Source of the DNA: Paramoeba atlantica
Lineage: Eukaryota; Protista; Discosea
Reading direction: 5' to 3'
Assembly: GCA_977017575.1 (NCBI GenBank)
Contig: CDRNVI010000011.1
Coordinates: 248,001-312,000, forward strand
Length of the DNA stretch: 64,000 nt
Shown: one piece after another, positions 45,583-55,829 of the stretch
Numbering within the stretch: the first letter of the stretch is position 1
Layout of the letters: every line of letters begins with the position of its first letter
Translations under genes and position numbers: made by a program
The notes under the pieces: generated by a model
The model's input: only the letters and a program-made list of their open reading frames with translations
Database searches by the model: none
What the model was told of the DNA's origin: nothing

Positions 45583-46479
45583 TTATATAGAAGGAATTAT
45601 AGCTAACGACTGATTGATTTCATATACCGAGGAAAAAATGTAAGTAGGGTCTAGATGACGATCAGTACCAAATCCGTTTTCGAGCCTCTCTGATCCTGTC
45701 TGCACCCATATTGTACTACACCCCATACTTTTACCTAACGCGATATCAGTAGAAAGACGGTCGCCTATAACGATAGAACTAACGGGACTTACTTGTATGT
45801 TATGCTCTTCCAGATACGAACGAATACCCAAGGAGTTCGGCTTTCCACATATAACATCCGGCTGCTTTCCAGCTGCCATACTCACTGCAGCCACAATCGC
45901 CCCAGCACCGGGGGTTCCCAAGCCACGAGATGACGGGAGCTGCGGATCACTGTTGGTTGCAATGAAATAAGCGCCGTCTTGCACACATTGCGAAGCGTAG
46001 GCTATTTTGTACATATTTATTCTTGAATCCATTCCAACGACTACTGCTGCAATATTATTTTCTCTCCGGTCCGACAGATATTTGTTTAAAAATTTAGATG
46101 CAGTGTATGCCTGATTTTTATCCTCTTCCCCTAAAGTAGTGAATCCGGCGCTACGTAGTTCACAGTGGAGGCCGCTCTCGCCAATAACGTACACCAGTGC
46201 GCGTGGAATGCTGCTAGAACGACGTTGCTGAAGTAAGCGAGCGCAGAGAAAACCACTGCTTATGATGTCTTCTTTCCTTGGTTCAGGAAACCCTAAACAG
46301 GTGAATTTGTTCAGATATTGAAGTCTTGAGAGAGTAGAGTTGTTAGTAACAAAAAGGATGCGCTTCTCTAATTGACGCAGAGTCCGAATCAGGTCGACGG
46401 CTCCTCGAATAACTGCACCATCTCTCCAGAGAACTCCATCACAGTCGAAAACCCAGACAGAATACTGCAGAAGATCCAT
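45583..46479 (-). CDS. PGP: HAD-IIA phosphatase (phosphoglycolate/4-nitrophenyl phosphatase)
   Basis: FDCDGVLW, FVTNNS, FIATNSD, CGKPN, IGDRLSTDI. Confidence 0.9.
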   Translation of the reverse strand: MDLLQYSVWVFDCDGVLWRDGAVIRGAVDLIRTLRQLEKRILFVTNNSTLSRLQYLNKFTCLGFPEPRKEDIISSGFLCARLLQQRRSSSIPRALVYVIGESGLHCELRSAGFTTLGEEDKNQAYTASKFLNKYLSDRRENNIAAVVVGMDSRINMYKIAYASQCVQDGAYFIATNSDPQLPSSRGLGTPGAGAIVAAVSMAAGKQPDVICGKPNSLGIRSYLEEHNIQVSPVSSIVIGDRLSTDIALGKSMGCSTIWVQTGSERLENGFGTDRHLDPTYIFSSVYEINQSLAIIPSI

Positions 46480-46645
46480 TGTTTTTTATCCTTTTTGGAG
46501 GAAAATTCCAATTTCTAGATGGAAGAAATAGAAAAGCACAGAAAAGAGAAAAATATTATTCTCTATACCGACGTTTTAAAAACTTTGCTTCCAGTTCCTC
46601 TTCTCCACTCGACAAACGAAACACATACATGTATACTACAGTACA

Positions 46646-46792
46646 TGAGGGGCTGATCTCGTTTTGAGGCCGTCCAACCACCCTCCCGAGCCAAAACCGC
46701 CCGCGAGGGATGTCGCGTGATCTGACGTGATCTCGCGTGATATCACATGATCTCGCGTGATCTCGTCTTGGGCCTCACCCGCAGCCCCTCAA
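46646..46792. mobile_element. small MITE-like element with CGCGTGATCT repeats
   Basis: TGAGGGGCTG/CAGCCCCTCA ends; related end at ~58676. Confidence 0.45.
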
Positions 46793-46968
46793 TAGATGTA
46801 TGAAAAACCACTTAAGCGTTTTATGCAAATTAATCAGACTAAGAGTTTATGACCTAGGAGGTCATGTCACGCGTAGGGCTTTTCTACGTGCTACATATAC
46901 ATGTATTTCACATGTTTTTTTCACAATTAAAGCGAACAAAATACGACGCAAGAAAGCGGAGTTGAATT

Positions 46969-49221
46969 TCAACTCCCAGCGCTACGAGACGTACGAAAAA
47001 CGTGGCCAAACAGAGCCCCCATACTTGCCATCAGATGTCGAATTTCTAAGGTCGCTAATATCATTGTGTCGTTCTCCTCGGCGTCCTCATCTACGACTGC
47101 AGAATCATTTAGATGAGTTTGAAGGCGATACAAGGCTTCCCTCACAGAAGGATGCGTCGCTGGGAGTGATGGGTACGCAACCGAACTTTCAACGACATAG
47201 CACGGGGGAATAAGAATCGAGGAAATTTGCTGAGAGTTCACAGTGACAGTGTCGCGGGAATTGACACATTCAAAGGCACGTTGTCTTGGAGAGCCATAAA
47301 GCTCAGAATGCTCTTGAACGCTTACTGCGAATGTGCTCCTACAGCCCCTTTTTGCAATGGGGGGAAATCTTTCATGATTAGTCTCAGTACCAGAGTACGC
47401 ATGAATATCCAGTTGGCTTTGTAGGAAATCTAAAGGAAGAGTGCAGTTAGTTAGGGACCAAGGCATTTCCTTAGTTATCATTAAAAAGTTAGTGAACGTA
47501 GTGCTCGAGGTTTTGATCTTTCTAGGGAAAGGAAGATTATTTTTCAAAACTAAATGGCGAAGACGTTCCGATATATCTTTTCGCGTTCTTATTCCGGCCA
47601 TCGTGCGGTACAAGATATTCATTGTTTCTTTCTGAGTGAGATACTTCTCCTGCGCCCACGTGTACATTGCCCAAAGCCTCTCATTTTCAAGAGTGGTCCA
47701 GGCCCGTCGAAAGCGTCCCCCCTTTAAAAGGGTCCAGTATCGTGATTGTAAATGACGAGATGACCTTGTTGCAAATTTTGACGAACATGGAATTCGAGGA
47801 GAAATGTCGTGGAAATGTATAGCAACGCTGTTGGGATCATCCGTTCCGTATATGTGGAATAAAAATAAAATTTTTGCATCGTCAGAGGAGCTGAATTCTT
47901 GGCGTAGCTTTTTGAAGGATGCATGGGAGTTGTAGTTTGAACCCTGACGGAGGTTCTCTCTTACAACCTTAGTGTGATACACAGAAATTTGTGGCAACTT
48001 TCTTGGAAGCCTTCTTAAGGCACTACAAAGGCTAGCATAGTCGACGTATCGATCTCTGTAATGAGCCTCTAAAATTAATGCTCCTTCTTCAGAAGAAAAA
48101 TCAAACTGCTCTGTCCCTTCAAATTGACTTGTATTTTGAAACCTTTTGACCAGACCTGCTGGCTTGCCGGCTTCATCTTGTGCAAAGTGATTATCCTTCA
48201 TTTCAGATACGATACATTCTGAACTGTACTCTTTCGTTCGATATCCAGAATCAAGTAGAAGACGTCTGAAACAAGAGAAACATTGCCAGGAAGAACGGCC
48301 TGTGCCCAGCTCATCGGAAATATGATCCCACACACCGAATTTTGAAAACTTCGCCATGTATTCGTCGGAGTTCAAATCGTGTCTTTTAGATCCAGTGAAA
48401 TCTTCTGCAACACTAAAACTTATGCCGAATTTAGTTGCAAGCGCAAGAAGTAGTTTCATTTCATCTTCAGTCCACGGTGTCAAATTTGAACCGAAGAGAA
48501 TCGCATGTTTGAAATGCACGTAGCAAGCAAAGCCAGGACGTTTCAAATGGCGTCCCATCAACTCCCAATGACTGGGTTGTAAATCTGATTCAGCGTGCTT
48601 TAAAATCGATTCGGTAAGTGCTGAGGTAGCTGTCGATAAATTAGACACGAGATAGACATTTTCTGTAACAAGTTCGAGTAGTCTTTGTGTCTGAATCGAG
48701 GACCATTCCCACTGGTGTGAACCAAAACAGGGGTTGATAATGTAGCGGTAAACGGCATAAATATTCGTACACGGCTCCTCCTCTGATATCTCAGACTCGG
48801 TAGTGTCTGTACTGCCACTGTTAAGTGGAGCTATTGCTTTTATTGGTTTTGAAAAATGTTTAATCGCGTTTCGATGCCAAGGCGATCCGATGAAATCTGA
48901 GTATCGAATCGCTTGTAATTTACTGGGAGGTTTGTCTTTGCTCATTCGTAAGTTTTTCTCTTTATTGGCGGTACGTGTTTGTTTGGCAGCGAAACTACTA
49001 GAAAAGAAGTGAGAAGGACTCATATATTTTCCAGGTACCCAATACGTCTCATATTTTTCAGCGGCCTCACGGAGAAGATACCGACGAGAATCCTCCTCCG
49101 AGTCTATTGAAGATAGGTCAGGAGGAGATAATATAGTCTCAATCAAATGGTCGTCAGACAACGCTTTCTCCCGAGGTGTGGACTTTGAACTACACGACTC
49201 TGAAGAAAATAAACGTTCCAT
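46969..49221 (-). CDS. Myb/SANT-repeat protein
   Basis: PWTEDEMKLLL..WDHISDELGTGRSSWQC; further degenerate repeats (FSSSDDAKIL, WTTLENERLW). Confidence 0.7.
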   Translation of the reverse strand: MERLFSSESCSSKSTPREKALSDDHLIETILSPPDLSSIDSEEDSRRYLLREAAEKYETYWVPGKYMSPSHFFSSSFAAKQTRTANKEKNLRMSKDKPPSKLQAIRYSDFIGSPWHRNAIKHFSKPIKAIAPLNSGSTDTTESEISEEEPCTNIYAVYRYIINPCFGSHQWEWSSIQTQRLLELVTENVYLVSNLSTATSALTESILKHAESDLQPSHWELMGRHLKRPGFACYVHFKHAILFGSNLTPWTEDEMKLLLALATKFGISFSVAEDFTGSKRHDLNSDEYMAKFSKFGVWDHISDELGTGRSSWQCFSCFRRLLLDSGYRTKEYSSECIVSEMKDNHFAQDEAGKPAGLVKRFQNTSQFEGTEQFDFSSEEGALILEAHYRDRYVDYASLCSALRRLPRKLPQISVYHTKVVRENLRQGSNYNSHASFKKLRQEFSSSDDAKILFLFHIYGTDDPNSVAIHFHDISPRIPCSSKFATRSSRHLQSRYWTLLKGGRFRRAWTTLENERLWAMYTWAQEKYLTQKETMNILYRTMAGIRTRKDISERLRHLVLKNNLPFPRKIKTSSTTFTNFLMITKEMPWSLTNCTLPLDFLQSQLDIHAYSGTETNHERFPPIAKRGCRSTFAVSVQEHSELYGSPRQRAFECVNSRDTVTVNSQQISSILIPPCYVVESSVAYPSLPATHPSVREALYRLQTHLNDSAVVDEDAEENDTMILATLEIRHLMASMGALFGHVFRTSRSAGS

Positions 49222-49499
49222 TAATAGAGGGAAGAGTTCTAGGTGTCAATGACGACATAATTAAAATATTTGCAGCTCGCCTTCAGCAAAATCGTACAGT
49301 AGCTTGGACTACAAAATATATTATTGGACTACCAAAATACAATTTCGCATACGCTGCCTACAATAAAATTTTAGACGTAATTTTGATGGCTATTTCATAA
49401 ACTATACTGTTAGCTATAAGATAGCTAAAAATATAGTAAAGATTATGAATCAAACTCCAGAACCTGATTTCAGAGCCATTCACAGCAGCGACCCTGCTG

Positions 49500-50726
49500 T
49501 CACGTCCTCTGAAGCTTTTCATCAACTTCTCGAAGTTTTCTCCTAAGAACGTCTTCAGAATCGTATTTTAAAACTTCAACTTTCCTATCGTCAAGTGCCT
49601 CACCGTACCTATTTTGACGAGTAAACCGTGTTCCGGTAGAGAACAATTTCTTTTCCTTCGAACGTACGTACGTTCCTGATATATCTCTTCCTGAATTTTC
49701 AACGGCCTTTTGAAGTCTTTGCTGATGTTTCACCCAATCGCTATCACTTGGATGTTTAGTTTCTTTTCCTCCAGTGGGGTGCAGAATGACACCCAATTCG
49801 TTTTCAGAGATAACGATTTGCATAGCGCTGTGACCTACGCCAACCTCTGCGGTTTTTATTTTAATCAAATCTAAAAACTCACGTATCTTGCTCACTGCGC
49901 TTGGAGGGGAAAGAAATTTTGCACAAACAATGCGTACTTGCTTTCGCTTCGAAAGATCATCACGTATTCTCTGAGATCGCCACACCAAATCGTTGTGGGC
50001 TATGACATCCCGGATGCTGTATTCCACGGGCTTTCCTTGTGATTTGATTATATTTCCAGAGGGAGAATTTCCAGTTGTCAAGTGATTGTCAATTTGTTTT
50101 AAAGCACGGCGAACTTCATTTCGAATTTTACAATACCCAACGCCTTGATTTTCACCCAGCATAACCACATCTTGATCGCGTGACCTAGCATATACAATCG
50201 CGTCTTGAATCGAAAACTTCCGTTTGTCTGCATCGGGTTTAATGTCTTTCCCATCTGGAGTCTCTACTGAAGTGATAACTACCCTCTCGCAAGGAATATA
50301 CTCATTAATCGGTGTTTTACGAAAATACTCGCGAAGAGCGCTTAACGCAGCTCGATTATTTTTCTGATCCGACGGAAGAATATTGCTGATCATTTGCTCA
50401 TATTGCGAAGGACTTGGAATCATTTTTGCTCTTCTTTGCATCTCGTGCTGCACTTGTAAGTCATTCAGAACGCCTTGCGAGAAATCAACTTCCTCAACAT
50501 GCTCATCAGAATCGGTTTCTGTGCAATAACGACGAACAGCTGTGTAAATATGCAAATGCAGAATAGGGTAACGATTACTCCTTCTCATACTCAGAGAATT
50601 GGACTCGAAAAGTGGTATCTTCGGTCGAAATCCCCCGAGGGTATGACATGTTATGTTTGGTGCTTCTGAATATTGTGACATCATGTACACACACGGGAAA
50701 GTTGGTTTCGGACGTGCTCGAAACAT
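49500..50726 (-). CDS. MTIF3: kinetoplastid-type mitochondrial translation initiation factor 3
   Basis: SIQDAIVYARSRDQDVVML..VGYCKI IF3-N-like segment and IF3-C-like HNDLVWRSQRI..KQVRI; basic N-terminal presequence. Confidence 0.6.
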   Translation of the reverse strand: MFRARPKPTFPCVYMMSQYSEAPNITCHTLGGFRPKIPLFESNSLSMRRSNRYPILHLHIYTAVRRYCTETDSDEHVEEVDFSQGVLNDLQVQHEMQRRAKMIPSPSQYEQMISNILPSDQKNNRAALSALREYFRKTPINEYIPCERVVITSVETPDGKDIKPDADKRKFSIQDAIVYARSRDQDVVMLGENQGVGYCKIRNEVRRALKQIDNHLTTGNSPSGNIIKSQGKPVEYSIRDVIAHNDLVWRSQRIRDDLSKRKQVRIVCAKFLSPPSAVSKIREFLDLIKIKTAEVGVGHSAMQIVISENELGVILHPTGGKETKHPSDSDWVKHQQRLQKAVENSGRDISGTYVRSKEKKLFSTGTRFTRQNRYGEALDDRKVEVLKYDSEDVLRRKLREVDEKLQRT

Positions 50727-50896
50727 TTGTTTGATGTGCTAATAGGAAAAATATAGAGAGCTACTTGGAAAATGACAATATCCCTTTTATAAGATTATGA
50801 CACTTATTAGTGCTTTTTGTAAGCTATTTGTGCGCCTGTTTATGATAGTCCTCGCGTAGGGACTGCAAGCACTTCAATGAAAGAGAGGATTGCCTT

Positions 50897-53008
50897 CTAG
50901 GAGTACTTAATAATGGTTTCTGCTTCTTGTAATATGGGAAACTTTTTTCTAACTAGCATTTCTATTTTATGCCCTTGGGAAAAGGTTCTCGTCCGGGATA
51001 GACCGCAACACGACCATAGCGCCGTCAAAAGCGTACTTTTTTCGCGCATTTTTTCAAGTTTAATAGCCCGCATCATACACTCACGGAGTTTGGAAGCTGT
51101 TTTTTTGCGCCATCTTGTGACGTCAGACTCATTATCTACAGAGGAAACTTCATCATGAATGTTTTTTTGCAAGAAGTCTTTCTGAAGTTTCAGCTGAGTT
51201 ATTTTTCTTTGCAAAGCCACATATTCTTGATATTTTTGCAAAACACGCAGATTTAAATGCTTCGAAGAATTTCCAGAGCTTAGGGTTGGTAAATTATTCT
51301 CTGATGCGTGCGACGTAGAATATCGCAAACGGAGAATTTTTTCTCTCAACTTCTCATCACTTGTAGTTTTCTCGACATTTAAATTATCTTGCTGTTCTAC
51401 CTTCTTACTTCTGCAATTTACACTTCGAGCTCTGTAATTCTTTTTGCGTGAGGTAGTATCATTCCTTCCCCTTGTTTCAGAGTTTGAAGACGTCACGGCT
51501 GAATAAAGCAAGAAACTTTGCAAGGATTCTATTTTGCGATCCATTTTTCTAGCTTCTTCATTCGCCTTGTCGTATTTGCACGTTTCTTTTGTTATTAGGC
51601 CTTGTAAGCCGACTTCTACTTGTTGGGATTCCACAATTTGTGCCTGGTGAATAAGTTCAGCCTCTTCTACAAGACGTTGAATCGTGTCCCTGTATTTTGC
51701 TAGTAGAGAATTGTGAGACAATACTCGAACTTGTGAAGGATAATTCGACACTTTTCGCGCGTTACTTCCAAAGTGTAAAGTACAGAGAGACTCTTTTTGT
51801 TCGTTTGGATTAATTGTGCAAATAACAAGAGTAAATGCTGAACCACCTATCGTGTGATGCAGAAGTCGCGTTAGCTTGCTATCGCGATACGGAATTCGCG
51901 TAGAATTGCGACCCGGAGACGCTAATGCTGTAGAATTCTGGGAATGAGTACTTTGCTTAGAGGCTGACTGAGCTGCAACCCTGACGCAGCTTTCGAGTGC
52001 GAGAAGACTCTTTCGGATATTTTTTCCTTCGCGCACACGAGTCGTCAGCTTTTTTGCGCGTTCCCCTTCCTGCCAACGTTGAGCTATATTGCTCTTCCTT
52101 TCACGCTCTTCGACAGCGAATTCACTACTCTCCTCGGTGAGATTTGTCGGAGTTTCATTTCCCGCCGTGTCGACAATACTTAAAGTGGAAAGACGAACGG
52201 ATTGATCGGACGCGTTTCGAGATTCAAAAATAAACCGAAAGATGGTATGAGAGCGACTCGCATCAATGTGAGCATCATTCGGCGCAACCAAACGCCTGTG
52301 CTCTCCCAGATCAAGCAGATTCATGACGTCCTCTACATTACGAACCAAGACCTCGCGAGCATGTAACACAATTGTCCCTCTATCAGGGTCTTTTACAATT
52401 GTAGGATAGAACAATAGGTCCTTTGAAGTCGAGCGGGAGGCTAATAATTCTTGCCCATCTGTCTCCGAGCAATCACTGGAATTGTATGCCAAGACTTCTC
52501 GATGTAACAAATCCCGTATCTGCTCATTGTATAGCTCCAAAAAAGAAACGCGAAGCAGAGAAACGCACTCAATTTGATTTTCAATTTCATTGAAAAAGTC
52601 TTGTGCGGCTTGAGAAATTACCCCCGGAGAAGCGCGGCATCCATGAAGGGTATGCGTCTTTCCTGAATTCGTCTGTCCAAACGCGTAGATGCACGCATCA
52701 TACCCGTCAATCGTGTTTCGTACGAGTTCATGCGCCCCGGAATGGTAAATATCCTCATTCGTGGAGGAGGGACCGAAAACGTTCTCGTAGGTACCCACAA
52801 GATCCATGTTCTCCCCGGCTTGATATACGCTGTGGTCATCCCATTTCCACTCGTGTTGTAGACCCCTATCTGGTCGGACGACATGCATGAAATGAGGATT
52901 CACCAGGGGCTCGCAAGGAGGACGAATACGAACCACCACTCGAACAGGTGCCACCAAACCACGGTCGGCGTGTGGACTACACGTTGTGCGAAACGGAGAT
53001 GGGTTCAT
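50897..53008 (-). CDS. kinesin (kinesin-7/CENP-E-like) with coiled-coil tail
   Basis: YAFGQTNSGKT, VSFLELYNEQIRDLL, ASRSHTIF, IPYRDSKLTRLL. Confidence 0.9.
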   Translation of the reverse strand: MNPSPFRTTCSPHADRGLVAPVRVVVRIRPPCEPLVNPHFMHVVRPDRGLQHEWKWDDHSVYQAGENMDLVGTYENVFGPSSTNEDIYHSGAHELVRNTIDGYDACIYAFGQTNSGKTHTLHGCRASPGVISQAAQDFFNEIENQIECVSLLRVSFLELYNEQIRDLLHREVLAYNSSDCSETDGQELLASRSTSKDLLFYPTIVKDPDRGTIVLHAREVLVRNVEDVMNLLDLGEHRRLVAPNDAHIDASRSHTIFRFIFESRNASDQSVRLSTLSIVDTAGNETPTNLTEESSEFAVEERERKSNIAQRWQEGERAKKLTTRVREGKNIRKSLLALESCVRVAAQSASKQSTHSQNSTALASPGRNSTRIPYRDSKLTRLLHHTIGGSAFTLVICTINPNEQKESLCTLHFGSNARKVSNYPSQVRVLSHNSLLAKYRDTIQRLVEEAELIHQAQIVESQQVEVGLQGLITKETCKYDKANEEARKMDRKIESLQSFLLYSAVTSSNSETRGRNDTTSRKKNYRARSVNCRSKKVEQQDNLNVEKTTSDEKLREKILRLRYSTSHASENNLPTLSSGNSSKHLNLRVLQKYQEYVALQRKITQLKLQKDFLQKNIHDEVSSVDNESDVTRWRKKTASKLRECMMRAIKLEKMREKSTLLTALWSCCGLSRTRTFSQGHKIEMLVRKKFPILQEAETIIKYS

Positions 53009-53531
53009 GGGAGGAGCTTGGAAATTCTAAAAGTGGAGCGGTGAACGTGGGTCCGCAAAGTACCCAACTAGGAGCCTGTACGCATTCTGTAAGTAGTGCA
53101 TTTCGTATGGGTTGTATTTTTGGTATGTTAGTTACCCAAAAGTTAACAAAGGGTTATGTACCTACAAAACACATTTTTTTGATTGCAAGAAGGAGAGTTA
53201 CTCAATGCCAATTTCACAAAGATTATCGAAAAAACATATCGTGCATTACAAATTTTGAGCATTTGTAACCAGACGACTTTGGAAGTATTAGAATCAATAT
53301 GACGCTAATACAACCAACAGAAACGTCACTGGATTCTATTCAGTGTTACAAGTGTGAATAAGCAGCGGCTTCTATAAGCACCTTATACACACAAGAGACA
53401 ATAAAATCTTATTTCCACGTGGAAACCGTACAATGTCTTTATTATCAACTTTAGAAGTTTTAGACACAACCACACGCAAATCATCCACGTGAGCGAAAAG
53501 ACAATGCGTGCATACTAAACTACTGGGTAAA

Positions 53532-54092
53532 CTAACCAATATTCTGCTTGTATTTAATCAAAAAATCAAAGAAACCGTACCCTGCGGACATCCCCAGCGC
53601 AAGCGAGAAGCCCGACACAAGAGGTTTTAGTCCCCAATTCACCAGAAAATTCTCACGCACTCTTTTCATATTGTATTCCAGAGAGGAGTAATCCGAAGAG
53701 CACGACGAGGAGCCTTTCTGCGAGCCCCACGCCCGGGGAGCTCGTCCCGAGAGCTCCGGGTCCCCAAACGAGGCGGTCTCATCCCGTGGGGCCGTCATGT
53801 TTGAAGACAAAGGAGAACTCAGCGCTTTTTGCGTAAGAAAATTTGGTCGTTGCGCCCCTCGAGGTGCATGACGTAAATGAGGTAAATTACTCCGTAGCGG
53901 CGCCGGGGTCTGGGAGGCGCCGCGTATTTGAGAGAGCGTTGGGGTGCGGGACTCACTGATACCTCGGTAGGGTGACGCCCGCTCGGCGGAAGTGGTCTTC
54001 TTCCCTGCTGCAAACCCTTTTTCTAATCGAGAGACGCGTTCAAGTATCGGGGGAGGTTTTGATGAGGGGGTAGAACCCGAGTTCGGTTTCAT
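53532..54092 (-). CDS. hypothetical disordered protein with C-terminal membrane anchor
   Basis: Ser/Pro/Arg-rich body, hydrophobic LVSGFSLALGMSAGYGFFDFLI; co-oriented in the cluster. Confidence 0.6.
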   Translation of the reverse strand: MKPNSGSTPSSKPPPILERVSRLEKGFAAGKKTTSAERASPYRGISESRTPTLSQIRGASQTPAPLRSNLPHLRHAPRGAQRPNFLTQKALSSPLSSNMTAPRDETASFGDPELSGRAPRAWGSQKGSSSCSSDYSSLEYNMKRVRENFLVNWGLKPLVSGFSLALGMSAGYGFFDFLIKYKQNIG

Positions 54093-54334
54093 GGGAGGAG
54101 AAATACAGTACGTTGATACTCAAAAAATAATAGAAGGCTGTGGTTACGTAGTGACCTCCGATGACATTGACAGTAATAAAAGCCACTAGCTCAATCCTTG
54201 TATCACGTTAGAAATATTAAACTTCATTTACGCGAAATGTTTTACTAATTTGTTTTGCAGAAAAATTGCAAACACCCACTTTCATCCAGTTACACCTTTT
54301 CTTCTCATACTTCCACAATTTTTCCTTTCTTCAC

Positions 54335-54859
54335 TTAGTACGATTTAGGGCGCATGGTAGAAAACTTGAGACCCTTTGGTAACTTTGGCAACGTATGCTT
54401 CAACGGAAATTTGACATCAACTTGAGCAAATTGCTGCATGTTCTTGTTGCGTACCTCCTTATCGTGAACGCTCTTCACTCCAACAACGTTGATGTCAAAA
54501 TACTTTCCACGATTGCGCGAGGCAGTATCGATGTACGCCTGCGACACAGCACTCCCACGAGAGACGTCACGAAATTCCTTGCGAATGTTGACAAAGCCGA
54601 CACGGCGGTTGTACACCTTCATCGAGACCTCATAGTTTTTTACTTTGCCTGGCTTGGACGCAGGAATTTCCTTGCACCCCAGAAGCTCACCACTGGTGCG
54701 CTTAATGCTCTTCAAAGAGCGTAAGTGATACCAGAAACGAGATTTTGCGACCACGTAGTTCGGAGCGAAGATTCGCATAGCATAAATTTCCGGATCACGG
54801 TTGGCGGTCGACGGCTGGCGACGTCCCGTAATTTCATACTCACGCAAATATGGCCCCAT
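54335..54859 (-). CDS. RPL18A: 60S ribosomal protein L18a (eL20)
   Basis: IFAPNYVVAKSRFW; KEFRDVSRGSAVSQAY resembles the trypanosomatid form. Confidence 0.95.
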   Translation of the reverse strand: MGPYLREYEITGRRQPSTANRDPEIYAMRIFAPNYVVAKSRFWYHLRSLKSIKRTSGELLGCKEIPASKPGKVKNYEVSMKVYNRRVGFVNIRKEFRDVSRGSAVSQAYIDTASRNRGKYFDINVVGVKSVHDKEVRNKNMQQFAQVDVKFPLKHTLPKLPKGLKFSTMRPKSY

Positions 54860-55097
54860 TGAGTTTTGTTTTGATTAAAATACTAATAAGAAAATAATGA
54901 GAAATAATAAGAAGATAAATATAAATTGTCTTCAATAGCCCAATTGCGTGTTTTCTCGTGAAAAGAATACTTCAAAAAAAATCATAGAACATACAGCAGA
55001 AAATTTAAGTGACAAGTTTATGTGGCCACACATTTTCGAACCTGAAATATTCAGCATAAGAGCGAGTTATTTGTATGCCCTTTTTAGGTAAAGTTCT

Positions 55098-55664
55098 TTA
55101 TTGCTGTTGAAAAAAGTTACACAGATGATCAGTAGGCTTCGCGCCTGGAACGTCCGTGTCATCGGAGGCCATGTATGATAGGGCAGAGTCATATGACTTA
55201 GCAGGTTCGTTACTTTTCAAAATGCAATAATGGGGAAAAGAGCACTGATATCCAGTACCCTCAGTATTTCTTCGAACGTAACGCGCGCTTCTAATTTGAA
55301 AATGCTGACTGCACAAGATTTCACTATTAACATCCCTCTGTAAGATTGCGCCTACATCTTCCACTGGCCCTCCTCGAAGACAGCTTGAGGAAGCCTTGCA
55401 AGCATAATATTCTGTAAGTGGTTTTACTAACCCACACTCTGAGGTATACCGAATTCGAGCATGACGAATACAATACACTTGAGGTGGGAAAGTGTTTTGC
55501 GGTGTAGACAAAGCCGTATCATAGTCTGTAAAAGGCACAGATGATGTTTGATGATCTGGAAGGGAATGTATACGCTGAGCAACGATAGGTGTCATCGGAA
55601 GTGGCTCATGAATGGAATGTTTGACTAATCTATCCGCCTCCTGAATGTTATCATAATTTACCAT
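55098..55664 (-). CDS. hypothetical protein with two C-x2-H...Y-x-C-x5-C putative Zn motifs
   Basis: CIRH..R..YYACKASSSC and CSQH..R..GYQCSFPHYC. Confidence 0.65.
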   Translation of the reverse strand: MVNYDNIQEADRLVKHSIHEPLPMTPIVAQRIHSLPDHQTSSVPFTDYDTALSTPQNTFPPQVYCIRHARIRYTSECGLVKPLTEYYACKASSSCLRGGPVEDVGAILQRDVNSEILCSQHFQIRSARYVRRNTEGTGYQCSFPHYCILKSNEPAKSYDSALSYMASDDTDVPGAKPTDHLCNFFQQQ

Positions 55665-55829
55665 TTACTAGATTTTGCTTAATTGATAGACCTTGGGGGA
55701 CATAAAGATATGAAGATTGATTTTGAACGCAGAAGGTTTTTCTAAAATAACCCTTATCGATTTCACCAATGAAAGGTTCTCAACCTTGATATAAAACAAC
55801 TACGGTGAGTAAAATCACCGAATTTAACT

